A stretch of DNA of 64,000 nucleotides from Eledone cirrhosa (GCA_964016885.1 OZ024742.1:328228001-328292000), one strand, 5' to 3'. Numbered from the stretch's first letter, positions 42,920 through 58,518 are shown. A program made the numbers and translations. The notes: generated by a model from the sequence alone, not told the origin.

Positions 42920-45627
42920 TATACCCCCAGTCATGAGGGTAAATTTGAGGATAGCCTAAGTAGGATAGAAGAGGTCCTTGACAAACTGGACCAGGGTCTC
43001 AACATTCTACTGCTGGGAGACTTCAACCTACCAAAGGTCAAATGGCCTGAGGGCCACATCCTCCTTGGAATGACGTCAATAGAACAGAGACAGACGGAAT
43101 CCCTGCTGGCCTTCACACACAGGCTGTTCATGGAGCAAGCAATACTCCTCCCAACAAGAGGCGAAAATGTCCTGGACCTCTGTTTTACAAACAACAAAGT
43201 GCTCATCCACAATGTAAAGGTGACACCAACAATTCTCTCGGATCATAACTTAGTAGAGCTAATGATATGTGGTCTGAGAGAACCAACAGAGACAAAACCA
43301 CCAAGAAGCTCCGGGACGTTATCCAGCCTTAACTTCTACAAGGCTAACTGGAAAAAGATTAAGAGAGAAATCCGGAAACAAACATGGAGTGAAAACACCG
43401 CCACACAAGACACTAACACACAATTTCAACACTTCATGACAACGATACACACTATATGCAAAAGGTTTGTCCCGGAGAAAAAGGCAAACAGACACAAAAA
43501 TCTTATTCCCAGAGATAGGAAAATCCTTATGAGACGTAGAACCAAGCTCTCAAACCAGTTGAATAGTCAACAAGAAAACAAAAACAAGAAGGAATCCTAT
43601 TTGAAATGTGCACTACTTAGCACCGAGATTGCACTCAAACTTTCCCATGAAAATGAGAGAACAAAGAAAGAGAACAGGGCCATAGAAAACATTAAAACAA
43701 ACCCTAAGGCCTTCTTTAAATTTGCAAAAGAAACTGCCTCGGTACACTGCAAGATTGGGCCACTCTTCCATACGGACAGTTCATTAACCGAAAACCCCCA
43801 AGAGATATGTGAAATACTGAACGAACAGTACAAAAGTGTGTTCTCATGTCCACTGAGGCACATGCAAATAACGAAGCCAGAGGATTTCTTTGATGCCACA
43901 ACACTACATGAAGAAAGTGCGACCATCAACCACATAGACATAACGGAGGAGGATGTGGTGTACGCCATAGACTCAGCTGCTGGACCTGATGGATTCCCAG
44001 CAGTTCTCTTAAAAACATGTAAGTGAGCCTTAGCAACTCCACTGAAGATGCTCTTCAGAAGCTCCTTGGCTAGCGGTGTACTACCCAGGGAGCTGAAAGA
44101 AGGCACAATATGCCCTATCCATAAAGGAGGTAGCAGAGCGGAGGCCAAAAACTATAGGCCAGTCTCCCTGACGTCGCATATCAGTAAGGTCATGGAGCGA
44201 GTCGCCAGAAAGAAACTGATCACTTTCCTGGAGGAAAATGACCGCCTGACTAGCACGCAACATGGCTTCCGCCCAGGAAGAACCTGCCTTACACAGCTGC
44301 TACCTCACTACGACTGGGTACTGAAAAAACTACTAGACAGCTCATAGGTGGACGTGATATATATTGACTTTGCGAAGGCCTTTGACAAGGTCGACCACGG
44401 AATGATATGTCACAAACTACACGGACTCGGCATAACTGGAAAAGTAGGTGAGTGGCTGCATGACTTCCTAAAGGACAGAAGCCAGACAGTCGCAGCAAAT
44501 GGGGCCATCTCAAAGAAAACACCAATAACAAGTGGGGGTGCCCCAGGGGGCAGTCCTGGGACCACTACTGTTTTTGGTGGCTCTCTCAGACATGCCTTCT
44601 GTAGTGCATACAACAACATCCCTCACTAGCTATGCTGATGACACTAAGGTAGCACAGGCAATCAAAAACCCGACTGACGCTGCCCTTTTACAACAAGATC
44701 TGGATGCCATATACAAATGGGCGGAAGAAAACAACATGCAGTTTAATGCTGGCAAATTCCAAGCCCTACAATACAAACCTCCAAACAAACCTGCGAACAA
44801 AATATAGTACAACACAACTACACAGGACCAGGAGGGACCAATATCACCGTGTCAAAATCGATACGAGACCTGGGCATAGACATAAGCGATGATGCAACTT
44901 TTTGCTCACACATCATGAAGGTGGCGACAATGTGCAGACGACTCGCTGGCTGGATCTTGAGGACTTTCCGGACAAGAGACCGAGACACCATGTTGACACT
45001 ATGGAGGACATTTGTCCTAAGCCGCCTGGACTACTGCTCCCAGTTGTGGTCACCCCATAGTGTCAAACTAGCCACGGAGCTTCAGGCAATCCAGCGAAGC
45101 TACACCAAGAGGATTGCCACGATGAAGGAGACAAGCTACTGGGAGAGGCTAAAGGAACTGAACTTCTACTCCTTGGAACGAAGACGGTAGAGATACGCAG
45201 TGATCTACATGTGGAAAATCCTGGAGGGACTAGCACCAAACTTTGGCAATGGGAGCTGGACCAACCGTCGAATAGGACGTCACTGTGTGGTGCCAAAGGT
45301 CCAGTCTTCCACATCTAGAATAAGGAGCAGGTATTGCAATAGCTTGGGATTCAAGGGCCCTCAACTCTTCAACAAGCTGCCGAGGGATCTGAGAGATTTG
45401 CATGACGTGGAGGTGGATGTCTTCAAGAAACATCTCGACACCTTGCTATCCAGGATCCCGGATGAGCCCAAAGCAAGGCACGAGGGAAACCTAAGGGCAG
45501 CAGCAACAAACTCCTTCTTACACCAGTGGCCAACCTATACAAGCTGGAGATAAAATGTGTAGCAACAAGGGCGGTGCCCCAGCATGGCCTCAGCCGGATG
45601 GCTAAAACAGGTAAAAGAGTAAAATAG
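42920..45627 (+). pseudogene. Decayed CR1/L2-type LINE ORF2 (APE endonuclease plus reverse transcriptase) with 3' UTR
   Basis: LLGDFNLP, PTRGENVLDL and SDHNLV (endonuclease); AAGPDG, PIHKGGSR..NYRPVSLTS, QHGFRPGR, YIDFAKAFDKVDH, GVPQG.VLGPLLF and YADD (44631-44642), SRLDYCSQLWSP, YSLERRR. In-frame stops at about 44024, 44345, 44805 and 45188, and a frameshift near 44535. Confidence 0.93.
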
Positions 45628-45647
45628 TATATATATATATATATATA

Positions 45648-45776
45648 GTAATAATAATAAATTTGAAGACTAAAATCCAAAGAGGGCTCGATAAGGATAA
45701 ATATATATCAGTTTCAGAAGATCCCGTTAAGGGTGTAAGCAACGATCCTTTGCTTAAAATTTAATCTGTTATTTTA

Positions 45777-45782
<6 letters not shown>
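45648..45782. mobile_element. Collapsed fold-back copy of family D
   Basis: The left part matches 17296-17358 and the right part matches 17977-18050. Confidence 0.7.
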
Positions 45783-45835
<53 letters not shown>

Positions 45836-45967
45836 AATATATACATAAATATATATATATATATATAGATTTTGAGTATATATTGTTTGTATACCACACC
45901 TCAGTATGCAGGCTGGAGCACTCGACGAAGTGCGCAGGTTGGTTTTGAACATTTGACTTATTTATTT

Positions 45968-46028
<61 letters not shown>

Positions 46029-46030
<2 letters not shown>

Positions 46031-46171
46031 TACTTAATACTTAGGGTAGTAGACTGGGTAATAGGAAAAGGTATGACCCCTACGGCAGAGCTCAAACCGT
46101 TTCGACGGCTATTATAGTCCAGAAATAGCCGTAGAAACGGCTTGAGCTCTGCCGTCGGGGTCATACCTTTT

Positions 46172-46175
<4 letters not shown>
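46029..46175. mobile_element. Fold-back copy of family B
   Basis: ATAGGAAAAGGTATGACCCC...GGGGTCATACCTTTTCCTAT inverted around 46110. Confidence 0.8.
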
Positions 46176-46224
<49 letters not shown>

Positions 46225-46244
46225 ATACTTTGGGAGGGTCATGT

Positions 46245-46370
46245 TGCTTCTAGGAAATCTGTTCAATTTTTCCCATTTGCGTATTACTCGTAACTGTATG
46301 AGTTTACGTTTACTTATGTTAAAATCACATCAATCTAGATTGCATGCTTATATATGCGCTTTGTTTATGA

Positions 46371-46405
<35 letters not shown>

Positions 46406-46473
46406 CTTGTTGAGTGCTTTTATATCAGTTATAAATATTTACTCGTTGTAACCCAACAATTTAAATAAAACTT

Positions 46474-46516
<43 letters not shown>

Positions 46517-46641
46517 TCATAAACAAAGTGCATATATAAGCATGCAATCTAGATTGATGTGATTTTAACATAAGTATACGTAAACTCATACAGTTACGAG
46601 TAATACGCAAATGGGAAAAATTGAACAGATTTCCTAGAAGC
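46245..46641. repeat. About 135-bp inverted repeat whose arms face inward into (TA)n
   Basis: 46245-46380 versus 46505-46641; encloses a family C tail fragment (46408-46478). Confidence 0.8.
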
Positions 46642-47124
46642 ACTGATCCACGTAGCTGTTGTATAGCGGCGGCGGCGATTTGGCGTCGCGAGTATCAGTA
46701 TCGCCTGCAATAGGAGGGATGCGGGGTTTGCTTCCTGTAGCAGGTGCTGCTTACTTTTTCTCTTCTTACTTTGTACGCGGTCATGTATAATTTGAAATTA
46801 ATTAACAAGAACCCATCCACGTATCCACACCCACCTCCACTCCCACACTCCAACCCCAACTGGAACTTCCCCCACTAACCCATGCACGCTACCCTCACAC
46901 ATACTTTCACATATATGTACACTTTTGAATGTATTGAATTACCTCGTAGTCAGTTGTTTCGATGTCAATACCAATAGTGGTAGGGAAAAGTAATTACAAG
47001 TAACTAAATAACTTCGAATGAAAATCTCTACTTTGAATAAATTCCTAAATGTATTGCGTATTATTCCGTCCGTGTGTAAAATGAAACGATCCTAGACACG
47101 CACATGTATATACACACACACACG

Positions 47125-47166
<42 letters not shown>

Positions 47167-47177
47167 TACGAACTTAC

Positions 47178-47296
47178 CTGGTCCTTACCAACATTTCTTC
47201 CGTCATTCATAATTCAGAAGGTTTCAACTGAACCTCCATTAACCTCACATACGGCACAATATACTTTCGTGTTTTGGCTTGCATTGAACACTCTAT
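47178..47296 (-). other. Candidate exon (Ig-like half domain with one in-frame TGA)
   Basis: TTTTCAG acceptor and CAG|GTAAGT donor; phase-1 translation RVFNASQNTKVYCAVCEVNGGSVETF*IMNDGRNVGKDQ. Confidence 0.3.
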
Positions 47297-48274
47297 CTGA
47301 AAATTAACCAACACTTTAATTGATCACATTAGAGACATCTGAAACGACAACCAATCATCTGCCGCTTATCATTTCCACTCAATGGATAATGTCACATATT
47401 TTGCCCCCAATTTCAGTCAGGCAACGTTACATAACTCCCCGACTTTTCATCTCAAAGAAAGCAACCCATTCTTGGAAACTTCAACCTACACGATTTAATT
47501 TCTTAACTTATTTTGACAACCTTTCCAAATATACTCATACTACACATAGAAAAATAGCTACACTGTAAGCCACCACAATCCAACGACTGCACATCTGTTA
47601 ATAACATACAAACAAACAACCACACACAAAAACACAACCCAATTCAAAATTACATACACACAAATACATACATATGCGTATCTAAATACAGACAAAATAA
47701 AATACAAACATAATTCCGGCTAGATATACGCATATATCTGATGATGATGGCTGCCCCCTCGTTATCGAGTATGACCATTGCACGAAAGAAAGAAAATAAT
47801 AATAACAATAATAAAATGAATATATATGTATATATATATATACAATAATAAAATGAATATATATGTATATATATGTATATATATATATAACAATAATAAA
47901 ATGAATATATATGTATATATATACACACACACACATATATATATACACACACACACATATATATATATACATACACACACACACATATACACATATACAC
48001 TTATACACACACACATACATATACATACACACACACTCACATATATATTAACAATTAAATGTGCTGCGATCGAATGTGGCTTTTTAGCCCAGCTAATGAT
48101 CTAAAATGTCTGGCACATAGTTGGCAACCAAAATATTCACTGGCAATACCTATACACGCATACATACATACACATTCGCCCAATGGTGACCCTATATATG
48201 TAATTAGTGTTGACACACAAACATTTTCAAATTACATATACTCACTCTCTCACACACACTCTCATACGCACACA

Positions 48275-48363
<89 letters not shown>

Positions 48364-48386
48364 GGTGTTTTTAATCATACACTTAC

Positions 48387-48770
48387 CACACGTAAAGGTT
48401 CACATCAGAATAAAGACGCAGCATATACTTGTAAATATGACAATCTCCATCCCGATAGCCGCGAAAAGGGAAACGATTTGAAAATTCAAGAAGACACCTT
48501 TTTCTCTCGCTATGTGTTCGGCAAGAAACCCATCACAACATTCGAGTGTGTGAATGCTTGTTATTCTCAGTATCCTCAGCCTGTCGAGTAGCGCATATTG
48601 TGTCTGACGCAAAATTCCCCAGGTTGTTACAGAAGTAAATATAGATATAAATCGCATCCTAAATAAATGGCTTACTACATCGCAACATGCAGATTGTTAT
48701 ACCATCGGGCCTTTATTGGAATCTGTTCAGCACAAGATGTTCTAAAGATATGTTTAGGTTTCGAGTCGAC
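48387..48770 (-). other. Candidate exon (UTR plus signal-peptide-like start with one in-frame TGA)
   Basis: TATTTTTCTTTGCAG acceptor and GTG|GTAAGT donor; ends MEIVIFTSICCVFILM*TFTC in phase 1. Confidence 0.3.
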
Positions 48771-48899
48771 CTGCAAAGAAAAATACAATGGCAGAATACA
48801 TTTCTCAAGAAACTTTTACATATAATGACTGCAGTGAGACTCAGATTGGTTGTTTTGTCCTGACTGTTCATTAAATACTTCCTTAATATTTAAATCTAA

Positions 48900-49620
48900 T
48901 TTTCCCACAGCATTGTCTTTCATGGCGTATTTTGATTAAACGGAGCTACCGCTGTTGAAGATGTACATTAAACATTTTCTGGCTATAATTTTTATATAAT
49001 CATGAGTACGTACAATACACTATACCTGACAAGAAACCTATGATCTTGGTATAACGATCTATGGTCTGCACATATCTGATGAGAAGGTTGTTTCATAATT
49101 CGTTTTATGCGAGGTATGCTCCCCAGAATTATCAACTGGTCTAAAGCATAATAGATATTATTATCACTATATTATTATTATAACATTACAAATTGCATGC
49201 CAGGTTCATCCACCCATCAGATATATTATAAGGGCCAGGTTTATGAGAGAGTTGCATACCATAAATACATAGCATTCTATCAGAGTATAAGGATCTAAAG
49301 AACCATAAAATACAAATATAACAATTTTGGCCAAGCCATTATGTTCTCGGATAAGAATCAAAGATATAAATTGTAGAGGAGGTTAATTGTCAATTAGATA
49401 TAAACATCACATGGGAAATATAACGAAAAAGCGGACAACTGAAGAATTGAAGGGAATTCAGTAATATCTGAACCCATCTCATCGGTTCAACTAATTAACA
49501 AGAAACATTGAAACGTTCAGTTATAAGACAGAAAGCATCAACGACAATGTGAATTATTTGAGGTTCACAAACATGAAGAAGAATCGATAAGGAAATATAC
49601 CGCAAATTTAATCTATCAGC
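48900..49620 (+). mobile_element. Very degenerate remnant, possibly the C-terminus of an RLE-type (R4-like) LINE
   Basis: Fragments such as PELSTGL.HN and VEEVNCQLDINIT resemble the region also seen at 60740-61150; many stops. Confidence 0.25.
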
Positions 49621-50288
49621 AGAAACACTAAAATGTTGAAACCACTCTACATAATACAAACCTGTCTTATATTGTTATTTCTTTAGCAGAGAGGAGGTCT
49701 GTCACTCACTGACTGACCCGCGATCTTGTTAAAGTAAATGGAAATAGATAGAAAAGATGTATTATATGTCAGCAACTACCCAACATTGTATTCTTCAATA
49801 ACAAACATCTATAGAAGCTCAGATATAAGCTATAGTGATTCATTCAGCTGTCGATATCCTTCAAAATTATGTCACTTTTCGTTACACAGCAATATCAATT
49901 TTATCAAGAAAGAAACATTTCTCAAGCGAAACTTCCTAAACAATTGAATCATTTATGGTTACATTAGACATAAAGTGTTCTTATTAAAGCTTACTGATTG
50001 CTCTGTCCTATTCCCATCGATTTTCCTCCATACATTTCATATCGATTATCGATATATTTCTGTTTGAGTTTCTTATAAATATTAGTCTTAGAAAAGAAAA
50101 TGGAATGAGAAAAGCAACAAGGTATATGTGTACAAAAGAACGTATGTATGTATGTATGTATGTATGTATGTATGTATGTAGGTATGTATGTATGTATGTA
50201 TGTATGTATGTTTTTATGTATTACGTATGCATGTGTCTATGCCTGTCTACATATATATATATCTATCTATCTCTCTATATATATAAAT

Positions 50289-50322
<34 letters not shown>

Positions 50323-50354
50323 CAATATATATATATATATATATATATCAAGAT

Positions 50355-50422
<68 letters not shown>

Positions 50423-50433
50423 CAATATATATG

Positions 50434-50465
<32 letters not shown>

Positions 50466-50475
50466 TATATCAATA

Positions 50476-50591
<116 letters not shown>

Positions 50592-50749
50592 TGTGTGCAT
50601 GTGCGTGTGCGTGTGCAGAAACACAGACAATCACAGGCGCACGTGCAAAGAACACCCCAACCCCCAAATCTTGTGTTGTTGACGGCTTTGAAGTTTTGAC
50701 AATTGTGTATTTAAAATGTTTTATATTCCTGTATCTAGGTAATGTTAAC

Positions 50750-50801
50750 ATTTCTGATGTTGATCAATATTATTTCTATCAAAGAAACCCTAGGGTTGAA
50801 T
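50750..50801 (+). ncRNA. Degenerate hammerhead motif
   Basis: ATTT-CTGATG-TTGAT...ATCAA-A-GAA-ACCCTAGGGT-T-GAAT; A9 is missing; stem III is a perfect palindrome. Confidence 0.45.
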
Positions 50802-50959
50802 AAAAACACACGCATACGTACACACCCACACGCTCATACAGGTATACATTTATACACATACCGACACATGTATATATATATGTGTGTATACATGCCTATA
50901 TGACTATGAACAAATGTATGCGCATATGTATATAGAAAAACTTACACATACACACATAC

Positions 50960-51029
<70 letters not shown>

Positions 51030-51282
51030 GTACACACACACATATATGTGTATATATATATATTGAGAGAGTGAGAAATCGATAGGTAGAGGGAGAAATA
51101 TAAAATTGACCTTATTCATTGATACTCATTTATATATAACACATACATACATACGTACATACATACACATATGTACCCATATATGCATACATCCATACAT
51201 ACAAACATAAATATATACATACATACATACATCCATCCATACATAAATACATACAAACATACACACATATATACATAAATAC

Positions 51283-51323
<41 letters not shown>

Positions 51324-51941
51324 CATTACAAATATATATAGAAATAACATACAAACAAACAAACATACCTACATATATATATATAAATACATATAGTCAT
51401 ATATACTTACATACATACATAAATACATGCGTACACATATTCATACATACCAACATACATACATACATACATACATAAATACATACGTACACATATTCAT
51501 ACATATCAACATACATACATACATACATACATACATACACACACACACTCATCCATCCATCCATCCATACATACATACATACATACAACATACATACATA
51601 CATACATACATAATTTTATTATTACATTGTACATTTGTGTTTTTCAATTTCTGGGACGACATGGACAAATTGTGTTATGTGGCTGAAGCAACAAGGTTAG
51701 TTCCTGTAATCATGTTACGGATAGGATTTGGTGAATTTCGTGAAACGCTTTACTGGAATGGCATGAGGGTTTTTCTTCTCGGTTGTGATTTTATTCTAAA
51801 CAAATAAGCCACACCAGTGCGCCTCACCCCTCACATGAGGGTGCACACACATACACATACATATGTACATACACATATATACATAGAAACATACATGGAT
51901 GCAAACATACGTATATACATGAGCATAGATATACATATGCA

Positions 51942-52006
<65 letters not shown>

Positions 52007-52007
52007 T

Positions 52008-52108
52008 AGGAAAATGTATAACCCCTACAGCAGAGGGCAAGCCGTTTCGACGGGGTTATACATTTTCCTGTTACCCACTCTTCTACCCTAAGTATTGAGT
52101 ACTCTTGT
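52008..52108. mobile_element. Collapsed fold-back copy of family B
   Basis: GGAAAATGTATAACCCC / GGGGTTATACATTTTCC plus the family tail. Confidence 0.7.
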
Positions 52109-52156
52109 GCATATATACACACATATATTCAATACACATAAACACATATACTTCTC

Positions 52157-52187
<31 letters not shown>

Positions 52188-52620
52188 AGAAAAATGGAGA
52201 GCTACGTGGTTGCACATGGGTTACATATGAATAGAATTAGTCCTTCATCAGTGATCTTCCAACCCTCATTGGTATTTCATCGCTTTAAAAATCATATACC
52301 TCTGGTTGGTGCGAGCAATAACTAAATAAAGCTATTGGGACAGGTAAAGTAAGGTGAAGCGAGCGGCACATGTAAACAAACAAAGATGGTATTGCAACGG
52401 AAAGATAAGAAGAGACAAGTACATGATATCTATAAGTTTAAGCTTCGTGAAATCATGGACGAGAGATACAGATCCTCCGACCTGGATGAGGTGTGAAGAG
52501 GTATATGTGTTTATGTATATTGAATATATGTGTGTATGTGTGAGGGATTTCAGCTTAATATACATCGATATTACCATGTTTTCGAACCGTGTACACAATA
52601 TGTACACCGTCACCAACACA

Positions 52621-52658
<38 letters not shown>

Positions 52659-52659
<1 letters not shown>

Positions 52660-52828
52660 CGAAGGAAAAGTGGTAAGGAACCAGGTGGACCATAACGCAC
52701 CAAAGTACTCAATACTTAGGGTAGTAGAGTGGGTAATAGGAGCAAGTAAGACCCCGACGGCTGAGCTCAAGCCGTTTCGACGGCTAGCCGTCGAAACGGC
52801 TTGAGCTCAGCCGTCGGGGTCTTACTTA

Positions 52829-52832
<4 letters not shown>
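52659..52832. mobile_element. Fold-back copy of family B (perfect palindromic centre)
   Basis: Centre TTTCGACGGCTAGCCGTCGAAA at about 52775-52797. Confidence 0.85.
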
Positions 52833-52874
<42 letters not shown>

Positions 52875-53009
52875 CACACACACGCGCGCGCGCGCACACA
52901 CACACACGCACATACACACATATATATATATATATATACACATACACACACACACGCGCGCGCGCGCACACACACACGCATACACACATATATATATATA
53001 TATATATAG

Positions 53010-53337
<328 letters not shown>

Positions 53338-53756
53338 ACACATTAATTATACATATATGAATGTGCATTGAGAAACGTCGAGCGGAATTTGAAATGTACG
53401 AGAAATTTAAAAGCTCCATCAAAATCTTTTGATTATAGGAAACAGTCGAAATATTAGGGCATATAAGCTCCATTAAAGAAATAATGTGGACATTAGCACT
53501 GTCACTTTGGTGCATTGGTAGCAATACTGAACGACAAGCATGACATGGTAATGTTAATGTTTTTCCCAGTTAAATGGGCCTATATGTCCTATGAGTTATA
53601 TTATTTTCTATAGTCAAAACATTTCAATGAAGCTTTTGAAATATATATAGGTATACTTTTAGAAATAAAGTAAACCTCGAACGCATGAGAAGAGCCGTGA
53701 AATTAGCTTTGGAAAATGTTCATTTCTGAACATATCTCAACTCTCGCGATGTTTCA

Positions 53757-53819
<63 letters not shown>

Positions 53820-53985
53820 GAATGATTCAGTTGCTCAAGTGCAGGAATACTATAAAGTGAACTGATACCTGGTTCAATTCCTTATAGCGGCCGATATCAG
53901 TTTCTTCCTTCCGTCTTCTAAGTGTTCTCACCATATTCTATAAGCTACCTTTATAACATTTCTGTGATTGAGCAGATTATCCATT

Positions 53986-54043
<58 letters not shown>

Positions 54044-54155
54044 TTGTAATAAAATGAAAACGAAATTTCATTTCTCACTCTTAGTACGGCACTTACTTAG
54101 ATGTAAGTATGTATGTATACGTACATACATATATGTATACAGACGTACAGTAGCA

Positions 54156-54237
<82 letters not shown>

Positions 54238-54540
54238 CAGGTACACATACATATATGCACGTCTGTATACATATATATATATATATACATACAGGTACAC
54301 ATACATATATGCACGTCTGTATACATATATGTATGTACGTATACATACATACTTACATCTAAGTAAGTGCCGTACTAAGAGTGAGAAATGAAATTTCGTT
54401 TTCATTTTATTACAACTTATCGTTTTCGGTACGCCTGGCCGTCTGGACTCACTCGATATGCAAATTAGGCTGCTCAGCCGTTAATTTTCATAAGGAAAGT
54501 ATATACTTTCGAACGTTCAACCATCTGGCAGAAGGGTATA

Positions 54541-54581
54541 CGGTGCTGATGATAGCTAACAATCTTGAAACTAGTACATCG
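54541..54581 (+). ncRNA. Minimal type I hammerhead motif of family G (copy at 56457-56497)
   Basis: CGGTG-CTGATGA-TAGCTAACAATCTT-GAA-ACTAGT-A-CATCG; stem I CGGTG/CATCG, palindromic stem III, weak stem II. Confidence 0.6.
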
Positions 54582-54738
54582 TTCCTGTGTCAGTGTTGAA
54601 CAAAAAGGTGACGTGGTTGCCTTAACACCGTACGGCATAAATTCAGGCTGTTCAGTTTGTTTACAAACGAACAAAGCGGGCGTTATAATAAGCGTCCGCT
54701 AAACTGATACGTGCATATATGTATGTGTACCTGTATGT

Positions 54739-54833
<95 letters not shown>

Positions 54834-54881
54834 TGCTACTGTACGTCTGTATACATATATGTATGTACGTATACATACATA

Positions 54882-54916
<35 letters not shown>

Positions 54917-55371
54917 CGTTTCTGAATTTGTTTAGCAAGATTCTTTATCTGAAATCGTGTGTTGAAACCGTTATTGTTATACTTTGGGAGGGTCATGTTG
55001 CCAATAAGAAACACATGCACCAGTTGCTTTCACTTCAATTTATTATAATAAATTTATAATACATTTATAAATTTATTATAAATTTATTATAATAAATTGA
55101 AGTGAAACACTGGTGTGTGTGTTTCTTATTGGCAACATGACCCTCCCAAAGTATAACAATATATATATATATATATGGATCAAAACATATCAAATATGTT
55201 TCTGAATAAGAAAGCTTAATAGACAATATCTTGATCCATAATAAGCAAATGAAAAAGAAATATGTATACATATAGGGAGAAAGACCCATATATCGTATAA
55301 GAAACACGGTATATTGTATACATACCAAATACATATTCTAACAAGAATATGTACACAGGTTGGTTGAATAA

Positions 55372-55477
<106 letters not shown>

Positions 55478-55623
55478 GAATGAATCAGTTCCTCAAGTGC
55501 AGGAATACTATAAAGTGAACTGATACCTGGTTCAATTCCTCATAACGGCCGATATCAGTTTCTTCATTCCGTCTTCTAAGTCTTTTCACCATATTTCTGT
55601 GATTGAGCAGATTATCCATTTAA

Positions 55624-55750
<127 letters not shown>

Positions 55751-55862
55751 TTGTAATAAAATGAAAACGAAATTTAATTTCTCACTCTTAGTACGGCACT
55801 TACTTAGATGTAAGTATGTATGTATACGTACATACATATATGTATACAGACGTACAGTAGCA

Positions 55863-55936
<74 letters not shown>

Positions 55937-56134
55937 CAGGTACACATACATATATGTACGTATCAGTTTAGCGGACGCTTATTATAACGCCCGCTTTGTT
56001 CGTTTGTAAACAAACTGAACAGCCTGAATTTATACCGTACGGTGTTAAGGCAACCACGTCACCTTTTTGTTCAACACTGACACAGGAATGTATGTATACG
56101 TACATACATATATGTATACAGACGTACAGTAGCA

Positions 56135-56208
<74 letters not shown>

Positions 56209-56649
56209 CAGGTACACATACATATATGCACGTCTGTATACATATATGTATGTACGTATACATACATACTTACATCTAAGTAAGTGCCGTACTAAGAGTG
56301 AGAAATGAAATTTCGTTTTCATTTTATTACAACTTATCGTTTCGGTGCGCCTGGCCGTCTGGACTCACTCGATATGCAAATTAGGCTGCTCAGCCGTTAA
56401 TTTTCATAAGGAAAGTATATACTTTCGAACGTTCAACCATCTGGCAGAAGGGTATACGGTGCTGATGATAGCTAACAATCTTGAAACTAGTACATCGTTC
56501 CTGTGTCAGTGTTGAACAAAATGGTAACGTGGTTGCCTTGACACCGTGCGGCATAAATTCAGGCTGTTCAGTTTGTTTACAAACGAACAAAGCGGGCGTT
56601 ATAATAAGCGTCCGCTAAACTGATACGTGCATATATGTATGTGTACCTG

Positions 56650-56729
<80 letters not shown>

Positions 56730-56777
56730 TGCTACTGTACGTCTGTATACATATATGTATGTACGTATACATACATA

Positions 56778-56807
<30 letters not shown>

Positions 56808-56810
<3 letters not shown>

Positions 56811-57370
56811 CGTTTCTGAATTTGTTTAGCAAGATTCTTTATCTGAAATCGTGTGTTGAAACCGTTATTGTTATACTTTGGGAGGGTCATGTTGCCAATA
56901 AGAAACACATGCACCAGTTGCTTTCACTTCAATTTATTATAATAAATTTATAATACATTTATAAATTTATAAATTTCTGGTTGGTTGGTTGGTTGCACAA
57001 CCAGATAATTGTTTATATATAGTCGTAGTTCTTTCGTCACACACTCTGTGACCTCTTCAGTGACTGGGGATTCCTTTCTTTGTTTCTGTGCCTCTCCTTT
57101 GTTCTGACACACAGAAAAAAATGGTGTAGGTCAGAACAAAGGAGAGGCACAGAAACAAAGAAAGGAATCCCCAGTCACTGAAGAGGTCACAGAGTGTGTG
57201 ACGAAAGAACAATGACTATATATAAACAACTATCTGGTTGTGGAACCAACCAACCAACCAGAAATTTATAAATTTATAAATTTATTATAAATTTATTATA
57301 ATAAATTGAAGTGAAACAACTGGTGCGTGTGTTTCTTATTGGCAACATGACCCTCCCAAAGTATAACAAT
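56808..57370. mobile_element. Fold-back copy of family A with HHR motifs (57173-57217 plus strand, about 57021-57065 minus strand)
   Basis: Same arms and same centre position as 5158-5740, in the opposite orientation. Confidence 0.85.
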
Positions 57371-57578
57371 ATATATATATATATATGGATCAAAACATAT
57401 CAAATATGTTTCTGAATAAGAAAGCTTAATAGACAATATCTAGATCCATAATAAGCAAATGAAAAAGAAATATGTATACATATAGGGAGAAAGACCCATA
57501 TATCGTATAAGAAACACGGTATATTGTATACATACCAAATACATATTCTATACAAGATTATGTACACAGGTTGGTTGA

Positions 57579-57658
<80 letters not shown>

Positions 57659-57804
57659 TTTTGAGTTTATGTTGGTTGTATACCAACACCTCAGTATGCA
57701 GGCTGGAGCCCTCGACGAAGTGCGCAGGTTGGTTTGGTTACTCCGGAGTAGTGTAAAATAAAGTTAAATAAAAGTCAAATGATTAAAATTTAGCTTCGTT
57801 TATT

Positions 57805-57859
57805 ACTGCTATATATATTTCAGTGACAGCCATCTTTGGCTGTGACCTCTTCAGGCAGT
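57805..57859 (-). ncRNA. Type I hammerhead motif, homolog of 16454-16509
   Basis: Minus strand: ACTGC-CTGAAGA-GGTCACAGCCA(AAGA)TGGCTGTCACT-GAA-ATATATAT-A-GCAGT, within a (TA)n-flanked insert at 57656-57975. Confidence 0.75.
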
Positions 57860-58074
57860 TTGAATTAGTATGGTATAGACAAGTACATATGTTGTTTAGG
57901 TGTATTATATTGTAAATACTCTGATATGCCCAGTTCCTTGTTGGGTTGTTAATTCACTGAGGAACTGGAGTCATATATATATATATATATATATTGATAA
58001 ACACAAAATTCTAATCATATTTGATATGTTTTGATTCATTATTTGCAGCAAAGAGTTATGGCCCTTTATGGTTT

Positions 58075-58192
58075 GATTTCAAATCCCGCTGAGGTCAACT
58101 TTGCCTTTCATCCTTACGGGGTCGATAAAATAAAGTACCAGTAATGCACTGTGATAATTGCTGGCCTTGTGCCACAAAGTAGAAACAATTAT
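58075..58192 (+). mobile_element. 5'-truncated SINE
   Basis: TTCAAATCCCGCTGAGGTCAACTTTGCCTTTCATCC...GTAGAAACAATTA. Confidence 0.85.
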
Positions 58193-58193
58193 T

Positions 58194-58239
<46 letters not shown>

Positions 58240-58350
58240 TATACAATAGTACAGCATATTCGAAGTTCGATCAGCAGCTAAGCCAACGAATGCCTTCAGC
58301 AGTGCAGCCAAGCACTGGACGAGGAATAGACCTCAGAGTAATAACACATT

Positions 58351-58386
<36 letters not shown>

Positions 58387-58414
58387 CTATCTATATTGAG
58401 GGCGGGTAACATTC

Positions 58415-58518
58415 CCAAAAGTCGCAATACATAGGACATTTTTAAGTTTCCATATTTATTTATTTTGAATAGATTGTTTCATAATTATTTTTTTATGTAT
58501 CGCGACTTTTGCGCCACC

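Noticed and set aside
42762-45710. Similar ~50-bp sequences on both sides of the CR1-type LINE as a giant TSD
   Set aside because: The copies are diverged, are separated from the LINE by other sequence, and match the family D tail also found at 17296; more likely independent insertions into (TA)n.
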